Below are positions 39,238 to 48,043 of a stretch of 48,043 nucleotides of DNA, piece after piece; within the stretch, counting starts at the first letter, position 1; the number at the start of each line of letters is the position of its first letter. The notes under the pieces were generated by a model. That model saw nothing but the letters and a program-made list of their open reading frames with translations. It searched no databases and was not told where the DNA came from. This DNA is from Deltaproteobacteria bacterium TL4 (lineage in GTDB: Bacteria; SAR324; NAC60-12), in NCBI GenBank assembly GCA_051382335.1, contig JBBCAX010000367.1, positions 1 through 48,043 of the forward strand. The letters are read 5' to 3'. The position numbers and the translations under genes are program-made.

Positions 39238-41022
39238 ATGCTTCATTTTGTCTATCCTTGGTGGTTGCTGGCTTTGCCGTTAAGTGCACTACCCTGGATC
39301 TGGCCTGTTTTACGTCAATCTATCCAACGCCCCCAGTTCTTTTCAACGTTCCTGTTACTTCCCAAAGAAACGCACCATAAGCAATTTCAATTTTCGTTAA
39401 AGGACTGGTTGCTCAAGCTGTTGCGATCCCTGATTTTGCTTTTAATCCTCCTTCTGCTGGCGAGACCTTTTTGGCTTGAGGCCCCTCTGACTCGCACCGT
39501 TTTTTTGCTGGATGATACGCCAAGCGCACAATGGAACAAAATACAGCAACTGCTGTCCAAAGATTCTTTTTTATCCGCGTCGGCGTCACCTGTTACACTG
39601 AAATTATCAGAACTTATGCCCGCGGAGACTCTCGCTCCACGTTCTAACTTTCCTTTTGAATTTGAAGGAACCTGGAGTTCTCCCAATCTTGCTCAGATAG
39701 CATCCGCTCTCAAGGCCTCTCTAAAAAAAGGCTCTGAGGCCCCTTTGATCCAAGTCCATTTGAGTTCAGATTTTCAATGGTCCCAATATCAATCGTATCC
39801 TCTGACCTTTTACGATATTGACTGGAAATTTCATCAGAAAATTCAGACACCCGTCATCAACAATTTAGGCCTTCGGGAGGTGCGTTTTGTTTCTAAAGGT
39901 TTGTTGGAGTCATGGATTGAATTTGAGATCTACGGACATCATGAAAAAAATCAGCCTTTGCGCCTGACAATCGCGCAAGGAAAAAAACAACTGGGGGAGT
40001 TGAGTTTTCAATGGGAAGAAAAGCCTCAAAAACAACAGATTCAATTATCCTCAGATTTTCTACGCGTCGAACCGGTTGAATTAACGTTAACGGAGAGGGC
40101 ACAGGATCCTGAAATTGACAATATTTACTATTATCAAATGAATCGAACCCAAAATCCCTGGATTGCTATCATGACTTCTGAAGGAATCTCAGGAATTTAC
40201 CGGCATGGGTTGCACCAATTGAAATCAGCGCTTAACGCGAATCAAATGATCTCCTTCATGCTGAACACGCTGGATGAAATCAACCATTATCAACCTGATC
40301 TATTTTTGCTATTGGGAGACCATCCCCTACGGTGGGCCAAAACGCTGAAAGCGTTTAAGAACAAACTATTTATTCCAACACGTTTAGGGGATTGGCAAGA
40401 TTATGCGGCTCAAATCTCGTCTCAAACGCAGGGAAAAATGAAGGCGTCCCTGATCCTTCCTGAGGACCAATGGAGAATCAATTGGACACAAGTTTCGTTT
40501 GCGAAAGAGTGGGATATTATCGAAGTCAGTGAACTTCTGTACTATTCAAAGGTGTGGGACTTATGGCTTTTGGCAACAGGGATTTCCCCCTCATGGGGTT
40601 CTCTCTACAAAGACGCTTCTTTCACCAATCATCTCAAAACATGGATTCTGCATTTACTTCAGGAAGATCCGATACAAAGCCTCGGAACCTTTGAAGCGGG
40701 CGGACCGTTACCCCCAATGATTCCTGTGTCCTCTTCCCACTTAAAACCAGGACATTACCAGGTACCAGACTCTCAGTCAGAAAAAGTTTATCGTTTTTCA
40801 ATCAATTTACCAGCCAGGGAAAGTCTCCCTCGTCTGAGGTCAGAATCTGAATTGCAAACAATGCAAGCCTTTTTTAATCAGCAACATGACAAGCGTTTCA
40901 TCCAACAGGGAAATGCGTCTTCAGAAGAGCTGAGAATGTGGTTATTAATGACACTTTTGCTCTTAATGCTCGTGGAAGTGTTCTATGCTCTATGGAGACT
41001 GATCCATCCGTTGGCAGCATAA
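39238..41022 (+). CDS. BatA-domain (aerotolerance regulator N-terminal) membrane protein
   Basis: F.YPWWLLAL...LLKLLRSLILLLILLLLARP N-terminus, degenerate vWA start (FLLDDTPS), C-terminal TM LLLMLVE. Confidence 0.75.
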   Translation: MLHFVYPWWLLALPLSALPWIWPVLRQSIQRPQFFSTFLLLPKETHHKQFQFSLKDWLLKLLRSLILLLILLLLARPFWLEAPLTRTVFLLDDTPSAQWNKIQQLLSKDSFLSASASPVTLKLSELMPAETLAPRSNFPFEFEGTWSSPNLAQIASALKASLKKGSEAPLIQVHLSSDFQWSQYQSYPLTFYDIDWKFHQKIQTPVINNLGLREVRFVSKGLLESWIEFEIYGHHEKNQPLRLTIAQGKKQLGELSFQWEEKPQKQQIQLSSDFLRVEPVELTLTERAQDPEIDNIYYYQMNRTQNPWIAIMTSEGISGIYRHGLHQLKSALNANQMISFMLNTLDEINHYQPDLFLLLGDHPLRWAKTLKAFKNKLFIPTRLGDWQDYAAQISSQTQGKMKASLILPEDQWRINWTQVSFAKEWDIIEVSELLYYSKVWDLWLLATGISPSWGSLYKDASFTNHLKTWILHLLQEDPIQSLGTFEAGGPLPPMIPVSSSHLKPGHYQVPDSQSEKVYRFSINLPARESLPRLRSESELQTMQAFFNQQHDKRFIQQGNASSEELRMWLLMTLLLLMLVEVFYALWRLIHPLAA

Positions 41023-41089
41023 TTTTCCACAACCGCAAAGCGTGCCGCGCCCATCATCCCTTCACCCGGTGACGTTCTTTTTCCCGTTT

Positions 41090-41587
41090 TCAGCCCACTG
41101 CTATTTTGCGTGTTTGTGTTTGGTTCTGTTGAGCCTGGTCACTACTGGTCATCACCTGTAATTTATCGCCAAACAAAGGATGTCGGGTTGAATAAACGCC
41201 ATCGGAAATGACTAATTGCAGACCTAATTTTTTATAGGGATTGATGATCAGAGGACCTTGCAAATTAATAGTCACATCTTTCAAATCCCGAGTCATGGTA
41301 ACAATCACACGAACCGTCAGTTCTTCGATCATTGAGGATTCCAATTTTTTCAAATGTTCTGAAGATAACGCCAAAGAATAGTTAGAAACCGCAACTAAAG
41401 GATCAATAGTCACAAACGCCAAAGTCGGTTTTTCTACAGACTGCAACCACTTGAAAGGAGAGCCCACCTCGTCATCTATCAACACAAATAAACGTTCACT
41501 GGAAAACCCCAATAAACCTGCAGGCATAGTTATGATCTCGCTTTCATTGATTTCGACATCTCCGAAACGAGTGGTTTTGATAATCAT
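41090..41587 (-). CDS. fliW: Flagellar assembly factor FliW (CsrA antagonist)
   Basis: TTRFG, GLLGF, FKWLQS, LAFVTIDP and TINLQGPLIIN motifs; adjacent to csrA. Confidence 0.95.
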   Translation of the reverse strand: MIIKTTRFGDVEINESEIITMPAGLLGFSSERLFVLIDDEVGSPFKWLQSVEKPTLAFVTIDPLVAVSNYSLALSSEHLKKLESSMIEELTVRVIVTMTRDLKDVTINLQGPLIINPYKKLGLQLVISDGVYSTRHPLFGDKLQVMTSSDQAQQNQTQTRKIAVG

Positions 41588-41730
41588 AAGTCCTCTTCAC
41601 ACAAATGGTTTAACAATAGAGAGGCCGTAGACACAGTCCACCCTAGCAATGGAATCTACCATTATCGCACATGCGATCTCTCGAAATGAAGTTTTTCTAT
41701 CAACGGGAACCACCCCCTATGTTGCTGGAC

Positions 41731-41964
41731 TCACTTCATTTTCTTCAAAAAATCTCTAAAATTCTTTAAGGAAAGCGGTGTCTTTTCGGCAGCGAGTTTA
41801 TTTTCTTCCTGGATCCGAATATAGACTTCCTCTCGATGAATAATATATTCTTTAGGGGCTTCAATCCCCACACGGACTTGTTTACCTTTGATTTCGATGA
41901 TTTGAATTTTCACATCATCACCAATGGTAATACTTTCTCCTGACTTCCTTGTCAGTATCAGCAT
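41731..41964 (-). CDS. csrA: Carbon storage regulator CsrA
   Basis: [17 protein letters not shown]...VRVGIEAPK...HREEVY; AAGGAGG SD before the ATG at 41964. Confidence 0.97.
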   Translation of the reverse strand: MLILTRKSGESITIGDDVKIQIIEIKGKQVRVGIEAPKEYIIHREEVYIRIQEENKLAAEKTPLSLKNFRDFLKKMK

Positions 41965-42040
41965 TCGACCCTCCTTGGCGAATTTAATGAATTTCACAGA
42001 CACACCTCCAGTGCCTCCGTGTTTTACTCCCCTACCGTAA

Positions 42041-43345
42041 CTACCTTAAAAATTGTAACAATGATGGTTGTAACAACCGGCCTCCTGAATCCAGAGAGAC
42101 TTGATTGTTCCGTTCGGCCGTATTCAATTCGATGATGGATTTGGATAAATCCACATCCTGCGCTTCAGACAAACGTTTTTGTGTGGAAAAAATTTGTTCA
42201 TCGAGCTTCGTTCCCGACTTTTCAAGTTGAATCATATTATTCCCAACTTGAGCTTGTTGTTTCAAGACCTGATTCAGGGCGCGATCCAGATCTTCCACAC
42301 GAGCGGAAAGCGCACGCTCATCGTTATTTTTCAATCCGTTTTCCAGAGCCTGATAGAGTTGAAAAATATCAACGCTTTCACTGTCCTCTCCCTTGAAAAA
42401 TATGTCTTGTGCCGTGATATTCAAAGGAATTTTTATGCCATTCGCAATCAAAACTTCCCGTTTCTGGGCATTCCCTTCATAAACAATAGGGCTCTTAGGA
42501 AGAAATACAAATTCCATACCTTCCGGAAAAATAACCGCATTATCTTTGAAGTCAAAGACCGCGACATTGCTCTGAGTAAAATCAAATTGATCAGGAATGA
42601 TGGAACCTAATAACCCTTGTTCATCAGAAAAGCGTAAAACCACCTGATCATTCGGTGCTCCCTCGCTGTTCCAGACCTTGATCCGGGGGTTTAATATTTG
42701 TTCCTTGCTCCAGGTCTGCCCGTCATTATCTGAAATTTGATATCTGGCAAATCCCAAAACACCGGTTTGAGTGATACGAATGCGATAGGAATTCAAGGAA
42801 TACCCCTCAAACTGTGCGCGAAACTGTTCGACATCCAGCAACTCCGCCACATCTTTTTGAACAACTCCATCGGTACTCACCTTTGCCGGTTGAATCGGCC
42901 CTGAGTGTTGCAGAGGTTCGGTCAAGGTTTTTGTCCCTGAAAACAAGTAAAGTTTTCCTGTTTTCGCATTCCCTGCCTGAATGATCGCATTGCGAATATC
43001 CACCAGTTCTTGAGCCGTCACAGTCCGAGATTCAGGAGTTGCGGAACTTCCAGACTGAGCCAAGATCAGCTGTTTCGTTTTTGATAAAAGATCCGCCATG
43101 TGTTGCAGTTCCACTTCATTCCGCTCTAACCACTCCAGGTTTTGCTTCAAGTTACTTTGTAACTGTTCTTTTCGTGTCACGGTGGTGACAATATCTTGTA
43201 CAATCGTGGCCCCCACAGGATCATCCGAAGTCTTATTGATTCGTTTTCCTGAAGACAGTTCGGTTTGCAAGTCTTTCAGATGCTGCGCGTTTTTTTGTAC
43301 GTTCCCCAAAACATTGTCACGTTTGGTTATTTCTGTTATACGCAT
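42041..43345 (-). CDS. flgL: Flagellar hook-associated protein 3
   Basis: [21 protein letters not shown]-terminal [11 protein letters not shown]; follows flgK. Confidence 0.93.
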   Translation of the reverse strand: MRITEITKRDNVLGNVQKNAQHLKDLQTELSSGKRINKTSDDPVGATIVQDIVTTVTRKEQLQSNLKQNLEWLERNEVELQHMADLLSKTKQLILAQSGSSATPESRTVTAQELVDIRNAIIQAGNAKTGKLYLFSGTKTLTEPLQHSGPIQPAKVSTDGVVQKDVAELLDVEQFRAQFEGYSLNSYRIRITQTGVLGFARYQISDNDGQTWSKEQILNPRIKVWNSEGAPNDQVVLRFSDEQGLLGSIIPDQFDFTQSNVAVFDFKDNAVIFPEGMEFVFLPKSPIVYEGNAQKREVLIANGIKIPLNITAQDIFFKGEDSESVDIFQLYQALENGLKNNDERALSARVEDLDRALNQVLKQQAQVGNNMIQLEKSGTKLDEQIFSTQKRLSEAQDVDLSKSIIELNTAERNNQVSLDSGGRLLQPSLLQFLR

Positions 43346-43405
43346 GTTCCACTCAACTCAGGTGAGAAGGAGGGTGTTTGATTCCTTCTAAGTAACCCTA
43401 AAGTA

Positions 43406-45094
43406 TTACATTTTAATTACGGTATCCATCATTTGGTCTATCGTATTAATAAACTTCGCGGAGGCTTCATAAGCTTTTTGATACTGCACCATACTGGCGA
43501 TTTCTTCATCGATACTGACACCACTGACTGAGTTTCGAATTTCAGTAAATTGAGAAACCAGGTTATCCTGATGTTCCTTATCGGTTTGATTACGCTGTAT
43601 CCGTAAACCCACATCGGCCAAAATACCATTGTAGTATTCATCAAAAGTCATGGTATCGTCCTTCATCGTCGGCGTGGTTTGCATCAACGAAATTTCCAGG
43701 GCGACCTGATTGTCACCAGGAACCAAATCCTTGCCTGTTGAAATCATATTCGGGTCTTTCACGATACGGTCACTCAAACGAATATCTTTGGCTCCCTGGA
43801 GGGTCTCAAAAAAATTATTAAAGCCCATCACCAGGCTTAAATCTGTTTCGTCTGAGCCAAAAATGAACTGACGTCCTTCCCCGGCTTGAATCATGACGGA
43901 ACCATCTTCCTGCAGGGAGGCCTGTAACAGCAAGGGATCATTAACCGTTTGATTAATACGCCCAATGATGTCCTGGATGCTGTCCACTCCCGCCTGGATT
44001 TCAATATCGTAGGTTTCCAGAATTTCGTTCTTGGCATTGGTCAAATGGATCTGAAAAATACCATCCTTGATGAAAGGCAAGGGTTGTTCTTGCGCGTCAG
44101 GATTGAGACCAAAAGAGCTTTGAATTTCACGAAACGCGGAATTCAAACCTGTTCCCGTCGCATGAAAACGATTGATTTTATGGGCCAAACCAAAAGCCAT
44201 ATCATCCAGTTGATGAAGATAGTCCACTACCGATTTATCCCGAATATCCAGAACCTCTTTAAGTTCTCCACCTTTGAAGGATTGAGTGATGTCTTGTTTG
44301 TAGCCATTGTCCCCCATGCCAAACACATTGTACATCCCCACCTCACCCCCCGAGGGGATGGCTTTCAGCAGATGTGCTTTCTCTCCGTCAACAATTTTCC
44401 AGCTATCACCAACGGTCACCTGAACGTGTCCATCTTTATTTTCAAACCAATCCACATTGGTTAAAGAAGACATCTCTTCCAAAACTTTAATTCGTTGATC
44501 TCGTGCGTCATTCGCGCGTCGTCCCTGAACTTCATACCGAAACACCTGATCGTTCAGTTCGGCTAATTGTTTCGAAAGGCTGTTAATCTCTCCAACCACA
44601 CCCGCGACACGACCATTGGCCTCTTTACGAACCGTTTGCAGTTCATTATGCATCTGTCTGAAGCGGACACTCAACCCCTCCGCACTATCGCGAACTTTGG
44701 TTCTCGCGGCATCAGATTCCGGTTGATTGGCGAGCAGGCTCCATGAATCCCAAAAATCATTTAGGGACTTTCTTAAGCCGGAACCTTCCATTTCGTTAAA
44801 GACAATTTCAATCTTTGTGAAAAAAGATTCTCTTGTGTCAAAAACGGCCTGTCGGGGTTTTTCCTGAATAATTTTCTGTTGGGTAAAACGGTCAAACATG
44901 CCTTCGGTCGCACCAGAACGCACTCCGCCACCGGTGCCATCAGCGTTGGGTATTTGCGAAATATGCTGTACCCGCTGTCGTGTGAACCCTTCCGTATTGA
45001 CATTGGAAATGTTGTGACCTGTGGTTGCCAGGGATTTCTGCTGAGTCGCTAACCCACTCCGTCCCAACAACAACCCTGTGTTCAGTGATCCCAT
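43406..45094 (-). CDS. flgK: Flagellar hook-associated protein 1
   Basis: GHNISNVNTEGFTRQ; SVSGVSIDEEIASMVQYQKAYEASAKFI. Confidence 0.96.
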   Translation of the reverse strand: MGSLNTGLLLGRSGLATQQKSLATTGHNISNVNTEGFTRQRVQHISQIPNADGTGGGVRSGATEGMFDRFTQQKIIQEKPRQAVFDTRESFFTKIEIVFNEMEGSGLRKSLNDFWDSWSLLANQPESDAARTKVRDSAEGLSVRFRQMHNELQTVRKEANGRVAGVVGEINSLSKQLAELNDQVFRYEVQGRRANDARDQRIKVLEEMSSLTNVDWFENKDGHVQVTVGDSWKIVDGEKAHLLKAIPSGGEVGMYNVFGMGDNGYKQDITQSFKGGELKEVLDIRDKSVVDYLHQLDDMAFGLAHKINRFHATGTGLNSAFREIQSSFGLNPDAQEQPLPFIKDGIFQIHLTNAKNEILETYDIEIQAGVDSIQDIIGRINQTVNDPLLLQASLQEDGSVMIQAGEGRQFIFGSDETDLSLVMGFNNFFETLQGAKDIRLSDRIVKDPNMISTGKDLVPGDNQVALEISLMQTTPTMKDDTMTFDEYYNGILADVGLRIQRNQTDKEHQDNLVSQFTEIRNSVSGVSIDEEIASMVQYQKAYEASAKFINTIDQMMDTVIKM

Positions 45095-45144
45095 AATTGT
45101 TCAATCACTCATGATTCAATGAGGTTCCTGATTTTCAGTTCGGC

Positions 45145-45642
45145 TTAGACTGAAAGTCTGGAAACCGTTGTTTTGGAACTTTGTATCGTTCCCGCCTCAG
45201 AATAAATTTGTTGACGACTTCGTAAAGAACTTAAGAATTTCAAAGACAGTTCCACAGGTTCTAAACGTGTTTGAGACAATCGCCCATTTTGTTGTGCCAG
45301 GTGATGAATCTCTTTAACTAGGAACTTCAATCTGTCGAATACGCTTTGTAGTGGTTGTTTATAAGCCTCTGACGTTTTATTGATAATGACACTGAGGGTT
45401 AATGGCTCCTTACCAGTTTCCCAAAACGTTGCCAGTTGTCGTACCACGTCGATTCTTGTGCTCTCCAATCTTGTGATCTTCTGCGTATATTTTATTTTTG
45501 AGCTTTGCAGTTTCAATAATGATGAGCCTGAAATGGATCCCATCGTTTCTGACTCTTGCTTGAGCCAACCCCGTAATTCTTCATGCAAACCGACTTCTGC
45601 TGACAAAATATTCAATAATTGGTCCATCAAATGTGTTTCCAC
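45145..45642 (-). CDS. flgN: FlgN family export chaperone
   Basis: Helical 165-aa protein between flgM and flgK. Confidence 0.8.
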   Translation of the reverse strand: METHLMDQLLNILSAEVGLHEELRGWLKQESETMGSISGSSLLKLQSSKIKYTQKITRLESTRIDVVRQLATFWETGKEPLTLSVIINKTSEAYKQPLQSVFDRLKFLVKEIHHLAQQNGRLSQTRLEPVELSLKFLSSLRSRQQIYSEAGTIQSSKTTVSRLSV

Positions 45643-45723
45643 AAGAATCTCCGGGTTTCAATTGAGTATAAAACCAATTCACTTTTAGTGGTGTTCATGG
45701 CTGAATATAAAAGGACTCAGCAC

Positions 45724-46020
45724 TTAAGAACCTTGATCCTGCAACGATTCCAAAATCAATTTTCCAGCAATTTTCTGGGCGTCAATTTTATACTCGCCTT
45801 TACTGATTTGTGCCTTTAACGCCGCGACTTTGTCCGCACGGATTTCAGGTTCTTTTTCCATGCGAGCTTTGAGTTTATCCATCATAAACTCAGAAGTTTT
45901 AACGGATGTTTGCGTGTCAATGCCTTTTGTCTGGTTTTGCGCATGACGTAGCGCGTCTTTCTCCTGTGCCTGTCCTGCTTTGATCTCTGGGCTAACAGGC
46001 GTGTGGCCTGATACTTTCAT
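45724..46020 (-). CDS. flgM: Anti-sigma-28 factor FlgM
   Basis: PEIRADKVAALKAQISKGEYKIDAQKIAGKL motif. Confidence 0.93.
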   Translation of the reverse strand: MKVSGHTPVSPEIKAGQAQEKDALRHAQNQTKGIDTQTSVKTSEFMMDKLKARMEKEPEIRADKVAALKAQISKGEYKIDAQKIAGKLILESLQDQGS

Positions 46021-46141
46021 GGAACCCTCTAGGTATAAGGTTAATGAATTGGAAATCTATCTACATGATCATGATCCTCAACACTCATGCATAAGCTGTG
46101 TTCATGGATGCATCTGCTTTCCACACTTACTCTTGCTCTTT

Positions 46142-46168
46142 GTATCGGCAAATGAATACAAAACTTGA
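46142..46168 (-). promoter_or_regulatory. Sigma-28 promoter of flgM
   Basis: Minus strand TCAAGTTT-N11-GCCGATAC upstream of flgM. Confidence 0.85.
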
Positions 46169-46171
46169 GTC

Positions 46172-46498
46172 TTATCGTATATTTTTTTTCAATTGTTGAT
46201 AAATAGACGCTGCCAAACCAAAGCGGCCTGTTTTTGCGGCAGCTCGGGAATATTCACCGTCCAACATGGATTCAAACATTTTCTCACCATCGCCTTTGGG
46301 CATTATTCCGGAGTCACCGATAGAGTCTCGCATACTTTTCAACATTTCATTCACAAAGAGAGCTTCAAACTCGTTTGCAACCTCTTTCAGTTCCGATTCT
46401 TTGGTGGCCGTATCCAGTTTTCGACTTTTCAAATTTTGGGCTTGTTGTAGTAATTGTTGATTCATTATAGAAAAGTTTTCAATAGGTTTCATCTTCAC
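46172..46498 (-). CDS. flgJ: Short FlgJ (rod-binding domain only)
   Basis: LKEVANEFEALFVNEMLKSMR...MFESMLD...GLAASIYQQL. Confidence 0.9.
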   Translation of the reverse strand: MKMKPIENFSIMNQQLLQQAQNLKSRKLDTATKESELKEVANEFEALFVNEMLKSMRDSIGDSGIMPKGDGEKMFESMLDGEYSRAAAKTGRFGLAASIYQQLKKNIR

Positions 46499-46526
46499 GG
46501 CTCCCTGTTTTTTTTATCCATTCACA

Positions 46527-47705
46527 CTAACGCACCAGTAACTCCGCATGAAGTGCACCGGCAGACTTGACCGCCTTGAGAACTTGAATCAGATCTTTAC
46601 TGGAGGCGCCAATTTTGTTAAAGCCATCCACAACTTCCTTCAAATCAGCACCCCCCTTAAAAAGAAAGACATTGGACTGTATCGTGTTCGTTTCTTCAAC
46701 AGCCCCCGCCGCTCCTCCGGCAGGAGGGGTGGCTTGACTTGGCAACGCGGGTAATTTGATCTGAATGCTCATATTTCCATGGGAAATCGCAATCGGAGAA
46801 ATCCGAACATTTCCCCCCATCACAATCGTCCCTGTACGTTCATCAAGAACGACCTGCGCTACATTATCCGGGGTGATTTCGAGGTTTTCAATATAAGAAA
46901 TCAACTCGACAGTATTTCCCAGGTAGCTATCAGGGACCGAGATTTCAACAGTCCCCGCGTCTTTTGCTCTAGAGGAATTATACCCAAGTTTTTGATTGAT
47001 CAGTTTTGCCAAGCGAAAAGAGGTGGTAAAATCCGGATTATTCAGATTCATAAATAACCGGGCTCTACTATTTAAATTCAAATTAATTTCACGCTCAACC
47101 AAACCGCCTCCAGGAATTTGGCCAACGGAGGCCACCATACTCTCGCCAGTTTGTTTTTTTGCCACATCTTCAGCACCCTGATCCCGAGTCAAGCCTTTAG
47201 GAATACCAACAATAGGGCCTTGAACCACGGCATAGACCAAACGGTTAGGCCCTCTAAGCGGAGCCATTACCAGCACACCGCCTCTCAAGGAGGTTGCGTC
47301 TCCAATCGTAGCTGCCGTAACATCAAGGTGCTGTCCCGATTTGGCAAAGGGGGGGAGTGTCGCCGTCAACCAAACAGCGGCAACACTGCGACCCGCAATA
47401 TCCTTGTGATTTAAGCTGATTCCCATTCTTTCCAGAGCATTAATGATCGGTTTGCGTGACAGCAAACTTTCCGGGGAATCGCCTGTTCCATCAAGACCGA
47501 CCACAATGCCAAAGCCTGTAAGCTGGTTATTTCGTGCGCCTCGTAAAGAAGCGATATCCTTAACACGAACAGCCCATGTTTCTGTTCCAAACAACAGGGC
47601 CAACAGCAGTACTGCTAAATGTCTTGGTATTTTAGATTTCACATTAATCCTTTGATCCATTTTTAGTTGATGATTCTTGTGATTTTCTACTTTGGACTTT
47701 TTCAA
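46527..47705 (-). CDS. flgI: Flagellar P-ring protein
   Basis: RVKDIA, NQLTGFGIVVGLDGTGD, TATLPPFA, SLRGGVL, ERTGTIVMG and AGALHAEL motifs. True start probably downstream of 47705. Confidence 0.96.
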   Translation of the reverse strand: MKKSKVENHKNHQLKMDQRINVKSKIPRHLAVLLLALLFGTETWAVRVKDIASLRGARNNQLTGFGIVVGLDGTGDSPESLLSRKPIINALERMGISLNHKDIAGRSVAAVWLTATLPPFAKSGQHLDVTAATIGDATSLRGGVLVMAPLRGPNRLVYAVVQGPIVGIPKGLTRDQGAEDVAKKQTGESMVASVGQIPGGGLVEREINLNLNSRARLFMNLNNPDFTTSFRLAKLINQKLGYNSSRAKDAGTVEISVPDSYLGNTVELISYIENLEITPDNVAQVVLDERTGTIVMGGNVRISPIAISHGNMSIQIKLPALPSQATPPAGGAAGAVEETNTIQSNVFLFKGGADLKEVVDGFNKIGASSKDLIQVLKAVKSAGALHAELLVR

Positions 47706-48043
47706 CCATGGAACCGTCGATTATCAAGGGGTTCTATTGATCAATTGAGGTCTAAAATTTGCCCTGACCCCCTAAAATTCGTCCACCTCATGCGCAACTG
47801 TCTGGTTAAGGAAATACAAGTTCAGTGCCAGAAAAAAAGAAAGACCGCTCCAAGTCCATCCCCTTGTGCTTGTTGAGAGTTTGCGCTTTATCGCTAAATG
47901 CTGAATTCTTAAAAATTATGGAAAAATTTTCCGAACCTATCAAAAACAGGTCAGTTTTTACTATAGATGTTCATTTAAATAAATTCCTTTGAGTCTAACC
48001 CAGACTGTGCAGTACCAAAGCTTACTTTGGCCAAATCCAAAGA

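Noticed and set aside
1..48043. CRISPR array, retron/DGR reverse transcriptase, prophage
   Set aside because: No regularly spaced repeats, RT motifs or phage structural genes seen.

Overview
Bacterial chromosomal segment of moderate GC. The gene style suggests a deltaproteobacterial/SAR324-like organism (inference). Ordinary content: two CheR proteins, receiver proteins, two CNNM/CorC proteins, a two-domain fatty acyl-CoA reductase, tRNA-Pro(UGG), large lipoproteins, glutathionylspermidine synthetase/amidase, acyltransferases, a STAS protein, rpmH-rnpA-yidD-yidC and a late flagellar cluster (flgI-flgJ-flgM-flgN-flgK-flgL-csrA-fliW). The main observation is the ~4.4 kb gap without long ORFs at 9430-13895. 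Read on the minus strand and aligned by eye to remembered canonical rRNA sequences, it holds a full-length (~2.9 kb), colinear but extremely diverged 23S-rRNA-like sequence (~13375->10435). This is followed almost directly by a shortened (~720 nt) 16S-like sequence (~10388->9665) that appears to lack the whole head domain. Several helices are kept by compensatory changes (H95/SRL stem, H43, H10, h44 top, h45). The normally invariant functional nucleotides (PTC loop, P-loop G2251, A-loop, A1492/A1493, 530 loop, anti-SD) look altered or deleted. The unit lies behind a near-consensus sigma-28 promoter and a 63-codon ORF, next to a stand-alone uL3 gene (rplC) outside its S10 operon. It may encode a non-translating ribosome-like RNP or decoy rather than a decayed operon. 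All rRNA position mapping is manual and needs covariance-model confirmation. Mobile debris: a 110-bp REP/MITE (two copies, one inside the 23S-like sequence), a 100-bp MITE, an IS1-family remnant, a probable group II intron fragment, and cheA and FGE-sulfatase pseudogenes.
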